From the NCBI GenBank assembly GCA_964407175.1, contig CAYOUK010000002.1:1-39261 (forward strand): a stretch of 39,261 bases of DNA, in the 5' to 3' direction. Positions 1 through 7,946 of the stretch are shown here, one piece after another (the stretch's first letter is position 1; every line of letters starts with the position of its first letter). The translations under genes were made by a program, and so were the position numbers. The notes beneath the pieces were generated by a model. That model was not told where the DNA came from. It saw only the letters and a program-made list of their open reading frames with translations, and searched no databases. The DNA is from an uncultured Muribaculaceae bacterium. GTDB taxonomy: Bacteria > Bacillota_I > Bacilli_A > RF39 > UBA660.

Positions 1-1
1 A

Positions 2-1555
2 TTTGTCCTTGCTAATACATTATTATATTTTTTTAATACTGATATAGATAAAAAAAATAAAAAAGCATCCTTATTGTTACTGTTAATTTTAATATCCCCT
101 CTTTGTTTTAATTTAATATATTACATGTGGCACATGTTTGCAAAACCTATCTGGTATCCTCATAGATATATTTTTATAATATCCTTTTTCTTAATATTCT
201 TATCATCAGAAAACTTAAAGAAGATAAAAGGACTCAGTCTATCAAAAAACAAAAAGATAATTATTAGCACTGTTATTATAATTTTAATAGAATTATCTTC
301 AATTAATAAATTTAACTATAATTTATACTTTGGTATCCGCAACACACATTTAGGTTACTTTTTATTATTTAGTTTTTTTGCAATAGCTATATATATATTT
401 CTGCTTGGAAAAAATAATAAGAAAATTTTATTACTGTTTTTAACAATATTCTTTATAGATATATCTATTAACACAATAAATACTGTTTATCAAAACAGTT
501 TAGACACTATTAAAAAGGGGTCTAAAGATATTAACATCAAAAAACAATTGAATTTATTAAAAAAGAAAGATACATCCTTTTATAGAATTGATTTAGACTC
601 TGGGGATTATTATAATGATGGACTTTTATTTGATTTCTCGTCACCAGAATATGTTAGTTCTGTAAGAAATAATATAATAAATAGATTTATTGTTCATCAT
701 GGATTATTGGAATCATCTAATTTTGCACAAATAGGAATAGAATCATATGATCCAAGTTTAATCGATTTATTTGGAATAAAATATATAATTAATGATAATA
801 ATAAACCTTATAGAACAAATAAAAATGCTTTGTCTCTTGGATTTACAGTTGATAAAAAAACAAGGAATTATAAAACTCCCGATGGACGAAACTATGGGAA
901 AAACTATAATATACTATACTCATCATTTTTAAATAATGATTGTGGTTTTTATAGTTTTATTGGTTATGAGAAATTTAAAACACACAAAAAAGGTAAAGAG
1001 TTCTTCTCGACATATTCTTTTAAAGTAAAGAATAATTCTTTATTAACAACTAGTGGTAACGTATACAAAATTAAAATTAATAATAAAAAATATGATAGTC
1101 ATGATCTTGGTATATCGTTTAGTGTTAAAAAAGGTGATAACATATCTATCACATATAATTATGACAAAAATATTTCCAAAGATTTGATATACTTTTTACT
1201 ACTTGATTATTCTAAATATGACAAGGCAATTAATACATTAAAAGATAACACGAGTGAATTATACAACATAAAAATTAACCAAAATCATCATATAATCTCT
1301 GGTGAAATAGATGTTAATAAAAAATATACTTATTTATTTACAACTATTGGTTATCATAAAGGCATGAAAGTATATGTAGATGGAAAAAGAGTAAAACCGG
1401 ATATAATAGATAATGCCGTAATTGGACTAGATTTAACTAAGGGACATCACAAAATCATAATAGATTATATTCCTCAAGGATTTATACCAGGCTTAATAAC
1501 AAGTATAATCGGAATTGTAGGAACTATCATATTTACCAGAAAAAGAAAAAAGTAG
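2..1555 (+). CDS. YfhO-family polytopic membrane protein (putative glycosylation-related), 5' end cut by the window edge
   Basis: The frame stays open from base 2 to TAG at 1553-1555, so the TTG at 74 in the track is probably internal. The visible part has hydrophobic helices, then a ~330-aa soluble beta-rich region, then a final TM helix plus an RKRKK tail. I associate this layout with YfhO proteins, by eye only. Confidence 0.5.
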   Translation, partial: FVLANTLLYFFNTDIDKKNKKASLLLLLILISPLCFNLIYYMWHMFAKPIWYPHRYIFIISFFLIFLSSENLKKIKGLSLSKNKKIIISTVIIILIELSSINKFNYNLYFGIRNTHLGYFLLFSFFAIAIYIFLLGKNNKKILLLFLTIFFIDISINTINTVYQNSLDTIKKGSKDINIKKQLNLLKKKDTSFYRIDLDSGDYYNDGLLFDFSSPEYVSSVRNNIINRFIVHHGLLESSNFAQIGIESYDPSLIDLFGIKYIINDNNKPYRTNKNALSLGFTVDKKTRNYKTPDGRNYGKNYNILYSSFLNNDCGFYSFIGYEKFKTHKKGKEFFSTYSFKVKNNSLLTTSGNVYKIKINNKKYDSHDLGISFSVKKGDNISITYNYDKNISKDLIYFLLLDYSKYDKAINTLKDNTSELYNIKINQNHHIISGEIDVNKKYTYLFTTIGYHKGMKVYVDGKRVKPDIIDNAVIGLDLTKGHHKIIIDYIPQGFIPGLITSIIGIVGTIIFTRKRKK

Positions 1556-1574
1556 ATTTTTTAATCTACTTTTT
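1551..1574. terminator. Bidirectional factor-independent terminator between convergent genes
   Basis: AGTAGATT (1551-1558) pairs with AATCTACT (1563-1570) as a perfect 8-bp stem with a 4-nt loop. A T-run follows on the + strand (1571-1574) and a T-rich run follows on the - strand (complement of 1541-1550). The hairpin overlaps or abuts both stop codons. The stem is AT-rich and therefore weak. Confidence 0.5.
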
Positions 1575-3006
1575 ACTTTCTAAATAAACCAAATAATCCA
1601 CCAGAGCTTGATTGAGTGTTATTTTTTCTAAATACTCCTAATTTATTTAAGAAGCCATCAAGTACTGCTTGATTATCTTTTCTATCATCAAGTGGAGGAA
1701 TATTATAGAATATTGGTACTTTAGCTTCGTATTCAAACTCTTTTACATCTTGATTAGTAAGCATTGATTTATTAAGTACTATTTTAGAATTCTTTAGTTT
1801 TTCAAGTGCTCTTCTATCGCGACGCATTAGTGTATTTAATTTAATCATGCTAGGTTCCATTAAGTATACAACTTCATTACATGTACCATCTGTTGCAACT
1901 GGGCTATTGTTAATATCAATAAGTACAATCTCATATTGAGAGAATCTATTTTTAACAGTGGATACTTGTGAATTTTGTACACTAATTAATTCTGTATCAT
2001 TGAAGTATGTAAAATCTGTATCATTTACTTCAACAGCTAATACTTTATATCCTTTTAATTGTTTTTTTAACATATATACAAGAGAAGTAGCTCCTGCACC
2101 TTCTGTTAAATCTTTAAATCCAATAACTAATGTTCCATTTACTACAGGTTGACTTTCAGGCTGTGCTTCTACTTGGCTTTGAACAGGAGCATCTTGAATG
2201 AACTGTCCACCTTGAGGTGCTTGTCCCATATTTGCTGGATTATTATAATTTACATTATTTGGCTGTGCTTCTGGTTGCATTTGAGGTGCCATTCCTTGCA
2301 TTTGCATTTGTGGTTGTGGTGGCATTTCAGGTTGCATTTGCATTTGAGGCGCAGCCATTTGATTAGCTGGGAAAGGACTTGGTGCCATTTGACCAGGCAT
2401 TCCAGTATTCATCATACCGCCCATGTTCATATTCATGTTATTCATCATCATAGCTTGTGGATTTGGCTGTGCAACTGGAGCACCAAATGGAGAAATTGGC
2501 TCTTGTGAAGCTTGCATTTGAGGTGCTTGCATTTCAGGCTGTTGCGGCGCTGGTTCTGGTGGCGTTGGAATACTTGTATTATTATCACTACCAGATTTAG
2601 GTGCAAGAGATGAACCAAGGTTAGTATTGGCTAAATCATGATACTGAGCAACATCCCTATAACTATTTGGATTCTCCATTAAATATGTTATACCCGTCAA
2701 CTCTCTAGTAAAGTTATATATACCTAAGCTAATAATCTGAGATAAATAAGAATTATTTACTCTAGGATCGTTATCTAAAAATAGAATAATTTTAGATGAA
2801 TCTATACCAGCGATAAGCTGTTGCATAACAGCAATATTAAAATGGTCTTTTAATGCTGTTATATCTAGAATCATTCTATTAAAATAGAAATTCTGGAATG
2901 TTTCAGTTATAGTTTCAACATCAAACTCTCCATCCATACGTTTGATTACATCAATATTCAAACTAGATAACGAGTCTTTATACTTATTGGCAATAATTAC
3001 ATTCAT
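1573..3006 (-). CDS. TadZ/CpaE-like pilus assembly protein: receiver-like N-domain, P/Q/M-rich linker, degenerate MinD/ParA-like domain
   Basis: The first ~120 aa show a beta-alpha receiver-like pattern. Residues ~131-289 are low complexity (PQMQMQ, MMMNNMNMNMGGMM). The C-terminal part reads LVIGFKDLTEGAGATS...YKVLAVEVN...YEIVLIDINNS, a MinD/ParA layout. SD AAGGAAGGA precedes ATG 3006. It is the last gene of the Tad-like operon. Confidence 0.6.
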   Translation of the reverse strand: MNVIIANKYKDSLSSLNIDVIKRMDGEFDVETITETFQNFYFNRMILDITALKDHFNIAVMQQLIAGIDSSKIILFLDNDPRVNNSYLSQIISLGIYNFTRELTGITYLMENPNSYRDVAQYHDLANTNLGSSLAPKSGSDNNTSIPTPPEPAPQQPEMQAPQMQASQEPISPFGAPVAQPNPQAMMMNNMNMNMGGMMNTGMPGQMAPSPFPANQMAAPQMQMQPEMPPQPQMQMQGMAPQMQPEAQPNNVNYNNPANMGQAPQGGQFIQDAPVQSQVEAQPESQPVVNGTLVIGFKDLTEGAGATSLVYMLKKQLKGYKVLAVEVNDTDFTYFNDTELISVQNSQVSTVKNRFSQYEIVLIDINNSPVATDGTCNEVVYLMEPSMIKLNTLMRRDRRALEKLKNSKIVLNKSMLTNQDVKEFEYEAKVPIFYNIPPLDDRKDNQAVLDGFLNKLGVFRKNNTQSSSGGLFGLFRK

Positions 3007-3037
3007 ATTTATTTCCTTCCTTTTTATTCTTTTTTAA

Positions 3038-3940
3038 TTATGAAAACGGCAATATTCCAGCGATTCCTGTTCCTGCTGAACCCCATAATTTAAGCGCAGT
3101 ATCTACAACTGCTATTGAGAAGCTTGTTGCAAAGCCAAGCTGTCCATCATTGTCGTCTCCCATCAAATCTACGTGTGTATGCTCTACTTCTTCATCTTCA
3201 TTATCTATTTTTCCGTTTCCGTTAGTATCTTCTTTCCATTTAAGCATACTTGGAAGAAGTGAGTTCCCTTCAATAATAGTATGGCTTGATACATGAGGCT
3301 CTTCTTCTTCGCCTTCATTAATTAAATCTATATTTACATTATAATCATATATAGCTTTAGTATCTCCCGACACTGGTATTTTTATTGCAACTCCAAGTAT
3401 TGGAATATCATATGTAAAAAATGTTGTTATTCTATAATATATTCTATTAGATGCAGCTGGATCTGTTTGTGTAGCATTAACTGTATCATCTTCTGTCTCT
3501 CTTGGCGCTACAAATTCTTGAATATATAAACTACATTCATGACTTGTAACATCAGGAGTAAGACCCATATCATACATACTTAAATAACATACTTTATCAA
3601 AAGAAGTTGCTTCACAATTTTCAGGATTAGTTTCATTACAAGTTAATAATTGTTCTTTCTTTAATTTACCATGTCCAGAATATCCTTGGCTGGCAAGGAA
3701 TGATTTAATTTCTCCCTGAAGTTTACAATACTCTTCAGTAGACCCTTGTCCACATGTTACATGACCAGGATTGGTTCCACTATAATTAAGTCCTTCTTCT
3801 TTTTCTATCATTTTTATAATGTGATTTTTAATTCTAAATGCTTTGTTATAATTAACTGATGCAGATAAAACTGCGATAAACAAAACCATAAAAGTCATAA
3901 CCAACCCAAGTATCCAGGTTGCTCCAATTGACTCTTTCAC
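3038..3940 (-). CDS. TadE-like minor pilin (pseudopilin) with a ~100-aa acidic C-terminal extension
   Basis: The leader MKESIG/ATWILGLVMTFMVLF is followed by a hydrophobic helix. The core is paralogous to the upstream 178-aa protein (RIYYRITTFFTYDIPILGVAIKIPVSGDTKAIYDY versus TVYRITTFYKLDVPVIDLAIQFPISSDTRAIFDF). The GTG start forms a GTGA overlap with the upstream stop, and a strong SD GGAGGTGG lies 7 nt upstream. Confidence 0.6.
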   Translation of the reverse strand: MKESIGATWILGLVMTFMVLFIAVLSASVNYNKAFRIKNHIIKMIEKEEGLNYSGTNPGHVTCGQGSTEEYCKLQGEIKSFLASQGYSGHGKLKKEQLLTCNETNPENCEATSFDKVCYLSMYDMGLTPDVTSHECSLYIQEFVAPRETEDDTVNATQTDPAASNRIYYRITTFFTYDIPILGVAIKIPVSGDTKAIYDYNVNIDLINEGEEEEPHVSSHTIIEGNSLLPSMLKWKEDTNGNGKIDNEDEEVEHTHVDLMGDDNDGQLGFATSFSIAVVDTALKLWGSAGTGIAGILPFS

Positions 3941-4473
3941 GGAGTACCACCTCCAGTATTATTTGCAAAATCAAATATAGCCCTTGTATCACTACTTATA
4001 GGAAATTGAATTGCAAGATCAATAACAGGAACATCTAATTTATAGAATGTTGTTATTCTATACACAGTTTTAGTATTTGTTCCAGTTGGATCGACTTGAC
4101 CATCACTTCTATTGTTTTGCTTAATTGGTTCAACACTTCTTTGAATCCAAACTTCACATTGGTTATAATCATTACTTATTAAACATTCAATTGAACATAG
4201 TGGGTCATTATCTATTACACAATTAAATTTTTGTCTATCATTTATATTACCATGATTAAAATAACCACTATATGATAAGTATCTACTAACTCTATTAACA
4301 AATTGAACGTCTCCATCACGATATCCTTCGTTTAATTCAACCATGCTGACCAAATTATTTTTAACCTGAAAAGACTTAGCTAAATTTATAGCTACAGAAA
4401 TGTATGAAGTAAACAAAATTATAAATGCAATCATAATACCTAAAACCCATGTTGCACCCATAGCCTGTCTCAT
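3937..4473 (-). CDS. TadE-like minor pilin (pseudopilin)
   Basis: The leader MRQAMG/ATWVLGIMIAFIILF is a G-A-T motif followed by a hydrophobic helix, like TadE/TadF N-termini. It has 4 Cys in the mature part. SD AAGGGA is upstream. It sits immediately after the pilin gene. Confidence 0.6.
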   Translation of the reverse strand: MRQAMGATWVLGIMIAFIILFTSYISVAINLAKSFQVKNNLVSMVELNEGYRDGDVQFVNRVSRYLSYSGYFNHGNINDRQKFNCVIDNDPLCSIECLISNDYNQCEVWIQRSVEPIKQNNRSDGQVDPTGTNTKTVYRITTFYKLDVPVIDLAIQFPISSDTRAIFDFANNTGGGTP

Positions 4474-4502
4474 TTAGCTTTCATCCCTTTCTATTAATAG
4501 TT

Positions 4503-4535
4503 ATAAACGTGATAGTGTTTAGCTATCACGTTTAT
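4503..4535 (-). terminator. Intra-operon stem-loop just downstream of the pilin gene (attenuator or mRNA stabiliser)
   Basis: Perfect 13-bp stem ATAAACGTGATAG (4503-4515) / CTATCACGTTTAT (4523-4535) with a 7-nt loop, 25 nt after the pilin stop. No clean U-run follows on the minus strand, so it is probably a partial terminator or a stabiliser. Confidence 0.5.
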
Positions 4536-4559
4536 ATTATTTGCTATATGTTTTTCAGA

Positions 4560-4835
4560 TTATTCTGTTTTTTCATAACAAATTTTTGTAGTATCTTTTG
4601 ATTTACTATCAATATAGTGGCAAGTCCAAGAAGTTGCTCCTGATGCAGCTGTATCACAAGATACTTTATACTTTTCTCCATCTTGTTTATAACCTGCACC
4701 ATTTCCACAAGCTTGTCCTAATATGATATTAGCTCTAAGCATTGGTAGTAAAAATACTGTAAATAAACCTGCGATAGCTGCGATTGCAACAATTGCGATA
4801 ACTGTTGTTGATAGTTCACCTGTTGCTTCCTTCAT
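4560..4835 (-). CDS. Putative major pilin of the Tad-like system (atypical, 91 aa, 4-Cys head)
   Basis: A short charged leader MKEATG is followed by a ~25-aa hydrophobic helix (ELSTTVIAIVAIAAIAGLFTVFLLPML). The gene sits between the platform genes and the TadE-like genes. It has a very strong SD (AAAGGAGGAA), its own promoter and a downstream hairpin. Confidence 0.55.
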   Translation of the reverse strand: MKEATGELSTTVIAIVAIAAIAGLFTVFLLPMLRANIILGQACGNGAGYKQDGEKYKVSCDTAASGATSWTCHYIDSKSKDTTKICYEKTE

Positions 4836-4878
4836 AAATAATCATTCCTCCTTTATTTTATCTATTATTTATAAATTA

Positions 4879-4907
4879 ATTATAAATCATATTTATATTT
4901 TTTTCAA
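4879..4907 (-). promoter_or_regulatory. Sigma-A type promoter in front of the pilin gene
   Basis: On the minus strand it reads TTGAAA (complement of 4902-4907), a 17-nt spacer, then TATAAT (complement of 4879-4884). It lies between the tadC-like stop (4927) and the pilin start (4835). Confidence 0.5.
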
Positions 4908-4926
4908 TACAAAGTTAAGCTACTTG

Positions 4927-5739
4927 TCAGAATAATGAAGCTCCACCACTAACGCTTGTAAATGTCATGAGAATTGCAACTACTAGTAGAATCATAACTC
5001 CAATACCAGTAACAATTAACATACGCATGGTCTTACCTTCCATTTTTTCAAGTCTTTCTTTATATTTTGTTTCACGAGCTTTTTGTTGTAGATTAGAAAT
5101 AGTCTTAGAAAAGCTCATTAATTGTTCTTGTTTTCTCTCTTGTCTACCAAGACTAAGTCTGTATAAAAGTCTCATCATACGCATTGAGTCTCTAACCGGG
5201 AACTCTCTTGCAAATTGCATGTATGGTTCAATTGAAGAATCACCACCATTAATTGAATCAATTAATCTTTGTAATCCTTCTTTAAATATAGGTGGTGCAG
5301 TTTCAATTGATTTACCAATTGCAACTGGCACTGTATAATGTTGAATAAGTATTTCTAGATTCTTTAAATAATAAGGAAGTTGTACATCTATTTCATGCAT
5401 ATGTCTTGCTCTATATGATTTTAAATCCATATAAGGCATTTTATATACAAGAATAATTGCCCCTACTATTGCTAGTAATGATAGATATTTTAAACTAGTT
5501 ATAAATATTATAAAACCTAGTCCTGCAGCGATCATCGCTGATCTTATTCTCTTGTTAAAAGCTTCATCGACATCTACGTCATCACCATATCTCGCTTTTA
5601 GTAAAAAGTCATAATCAGATTCTTTTAACTTTAAGAATAAGTCTTTATTATCAGTCGCTATTCTTTTAATACTTACGACTCCATCATATTCACATAAAGC
5701 AATTAATATTATTGCTACTATTACAATTTCATAATACAT
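4927..5739 (-). CDS. TadC-like inner-membrane platform protein (T2SS-F family)
   Basis: TM helices flank a ~110-aa helical cytoplasmic domain, with a final TM. It is the second of two tandem platform-like genes right after the secretion ATPase. Its start lies 1 nt from the upstream stop. Confidence 0.55.
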   Translation of the reverse strand: MYYEIVIVAIILIALCEYDGVVSIKRIATDNKDLFLKLKESDYDFLLKARYGDDVDVDEAFNKRIRSAMIAAGLGFIIFITSLKYLSLLAIVGAIILVYKMPYMDLKSYRARHMHEIDVQLPYYLKNLEILIQHYTVPVAIGKSIETAPPIFKEGLQRLIDSINGGDSSIEPYMQFAREFPVRDSMRMMRLLYRLSLGRQERKQEQLMSFSKTISNLQQKARETKYKERLEKMEGKTMRMLIVTGIGVMILLVVAILMTFTSVSGGASLF

Positions 5740-5740
5740 A

Positions 5741-6643
5741 TTACTCAGCTCCTATATCTTCATTGTAGAATTTAGTTCCATTAAGTAAGAAGTAAGAATT
5801 AATAAGTATTATGGCATGTAATAATATTTGTATATACCATAACTTACACATATTTAAATATGTTTCTCTTCCGAGCATGAACTGCATTATCATGATAAGT
5901 AAATAAAGCATTAGACCAAAAGTTAAGAACTTTTTATAGAAAGCCGCTCTATCTATTTTGTCACGATATACACCTTCTACAAGCATATCTATATCTAGCA
6001 TCATATTCTCTAGTGATTCACCTGAGTCTTTTGCACCTTCATTTGTAATCTGCAAGAATAATTGATGCATATTTTTTACCATGTAATATGGATATTTATC
6101 ATTCATGAAACTAAGTGCTTCATCAATAGTTCCGTTTGCATATGACATATCAATCATAGTTTTAACATCACTTAATATTGGTTCTTCTAAGATCCCAGAA
6201 TCTCTAACACCTTCAAGTGATTTAACAAAACTCTGTGAAGTATTAAATTCCATAATTACGTTTGTACAGTAAACCTGTATTTCCTCAAATATATATTCAT
6301 TATATATTCTTTTTAATCTTAAATAGTTAACATATGGAACAAATAGTACCGCAACACCTGCATAAATAATTACTAATATAAGATTATAGAAGTAAAGATA
6401 CGCAATACCACCAGCAACTACTGCGAAAAGCACAGCTTGAACAGTATATTGTCTAACAGTGTATTCTTGACCAAGTTCCTTGGCTTTTTGTTTAACTACC
6501 TTGAAACTATATGGTGCGTATTTGTCGTATACTCCACCGATTGTTTCAGTAAAATATTTATATGTACCTTGGCCTGGGCTTTTTCTATATATAAATATAA
6601 ATACTGCGCCAAGTGCCATAATTATAAACTCTAACCAATACAT
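5741..6643 (-). CDS. TadB-like inner-membrane platform protein (T2SS-F family)
   Basis: N-terminal TMs, a central helical cytoplasmic domain and C-terminal TMs. I moved the start to ATG 6643 because SD TAGGTG lies 7 nt upstream and it sits 1 nt after the ATPase stop. The track's GTG at 6652 is the alternative. Confidence 0.55.
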   Translation of the reverse strand: MYWLEFIIMALGAVFIFIYRKSPGQGTYKYFTETIGGVYDKYAPYSFKVVKQKAKELGQEYTVRQYTVQAVLFAVVAGGIAYLYFYNLILVIIYAGVAVLFVPYVNYLRLKRIYNEYIFEEIQVYCTNVIMEFNTSQSFVKSLEGVRDSGILEEPILSDVKTMIDMSYANGTIDEALSFMNDKYPYYMVKNMHQLFLQITNEGAKDSGESLENMMLDIDMLVEGVYRDKIDRAAFYKKFLTFGLMLYLLIMIMQFMLGRETYLNMCKLWYIQILLHAIILINSYFLLNGTKFYNEDIGAE

Positions 6644-6644
6644 A

Positions 6645-7934
6645 TTACGCACCTACACTTTCTGTTTGAGGATTGACTGCTGGTGCCAAAGACGGATTCA
6701 TCTCTGGTAATTCAGCACTAATTTGTGGACTGGCTGCTTGTTGCGCTGCTGGAGCAGTAGGAACAGCTTGTGCTTGAGCTGCTGGAGCAGCAGGAGCAGC
6801 TTGTGCTTGAGCTGCTGGAGCAGCAGGAGCAGCTTGTGCTTGAGCTGCCGGAGCAGCTGGAGCTTCATCCACTTGGTTTAATCTAAACGTATCTTCAGGT
6901 AAAAGTACACCTTGAATAGCTATATAATCCAAAAGATGTTTTGTAGGATTATTCATTGTGATTTTACCTTCCAATGTCTTTTTATAAATCATATTAGATT
7001 TTGCCTCATTCGTTTTATCATCTACATAAAACTCACAAACTTCTAGTATCTCACGCTGGAATCTCTCTAGTTCTCTACTATAGAATCCCTTAACGTATAC
7101 ACCCAGCTGGATATATCTACAAATAGTTCTTTCAAACTGTCCAACATCTTGATTACCTTCAAGAAGCGCGTACATACGCATTGGTATACTTGAAGCTTTA
7201 TCAGAGTGGATTGTCGATATAATGTTATGTCCAGATGATATTGAGTTTCTAACCGCCATAACGGCTTCAGCACTACGAACTTCGGAAATAAGTATCCACT
7301 GAGGATTCTGTCTCATACAGCCTTCTAGTAAGTCTGAGTATGCTGCAATGTTATTTGTTTTCATCGCAACTATATCTCTATGTGGATATATCTTATCTAA
7401 GTGAAGCTCTAAAGTATCTTCAATCGTTATTATCTTTTCATTCTCTTTTATATGACTAGCTAGGTACTTAACAAGCTCTGTTTTACCTGAACCAGTTTCA
7501 CCACTTACTATAATGTTACAGTGTCCTTCGACACATTTCATTAAGAAGTCATGAATTTGTATATTTACATATCCTTCATCTAATAATTTCTTTTTATTAA
7601 GTCTTATCTTAGCTGGTGTTTTACGAATAACACAAGCAACACCATTCGTCGCAATCGACTCATGAACGAAGTTAAGACGGAGTTCTGCACTTTCAGCATC
7701 CAGAAGTGGATGGGCCATATTGAATGTTGAACCCATAACGTTTGAACACTGAAAGGCAAGTTTTTCCATAAAAGCATTATTAATCTCAGGATCTTCAACT
7801 GGATAAATACCTTTGCTTAAAGTCTTTAAATGTATCTGACCACCATTACTATACGATACGTCTGTAATGTCGTCATCATCGAGAAATTTTTGAAGAGGTC
7901 CAAAATCTATCTGGGAGAAAATTGCCTCATTCAT
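6645..7934 (-). CDS. tadA: TadA/CpaF-type (VirB11 superfamily) secretion ATPase with an Ala/Pro/Gln repeat tail
   Basis: Walker A VSGETGSGKTE, IITIEDTLEL, NPQWILISEVRSAEA and SSGHNIISTIHS boxes are typical of T2SS-E/VirB11/CpaF ATPases. SD AAGGAGAG is upstream. The C-terminal ~65 aa are APAAQ-type repeats. Confidence 0.85.
   Translation of the reverse strand: MNEAIFSQIDFGPLQKFLDDDDITDVSYSNGGQIHLKTLSKGIYPVEDPEINNAFMEKLAFQCSNVMGSTFNMAHPLLDAESAELRLNFVHESIATNGVACVIRKTPAKIRLNKKKLLDEGYVNIQIHDFLMKCVEGHCNIIVSGETGSGKTELVKYLASHIKENEKIITIEDTLELHLDKIYPHRDIVAMKTNNIAAYSDLLEGCMRQNPQWILISEVRSAEAVMAVRNSISSGHNIISTIHSDKASSIPMRMYALLEGNQDVGQFERTICRYIQLGVYVKGFYSRELERFQREILEVCEFYVDDKTNEAKSNMIYKKTLEGKITMNNPTKHLLDYIAIQGVLLPEDTFRLNQVDEAPAAPAAQAQAAPAAPAAQAQAAPAAPAAQAQAVPTAPAAQQAASPQISAELPEMNPSLAPAVNPQTESVGA
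6743..6863 (-). repeat. 33-bp in-frame tandem repeat (~3.7 copies) encoding AAPAAPAAQAQ units
   Basis: Units at 6765-6797 and 6798-6830 are identical. The unit at 6831-6863 has 2 mismatches. A partial copy lies at 6743-6764. Confidence 0.9.
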
Positions 7935-7946
7935 ATTCTTCTCTCC

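Noticed and set aside
1958-2508. Plus-strand ORFs of 64 and 119 aa opposite the TadZ-like gene
   Set aside because: They lie antisense to the P/Q/M low-complexity region and translate to W/H/L-rich nonsense. There are no start signals.
6743-6863. Possible CRISPR or other non-coding repeat array
   Set aside because: The units are directly adjacent with no spacers, in frame, and inside the ATPase ORF. This is a coding tandem repeat.
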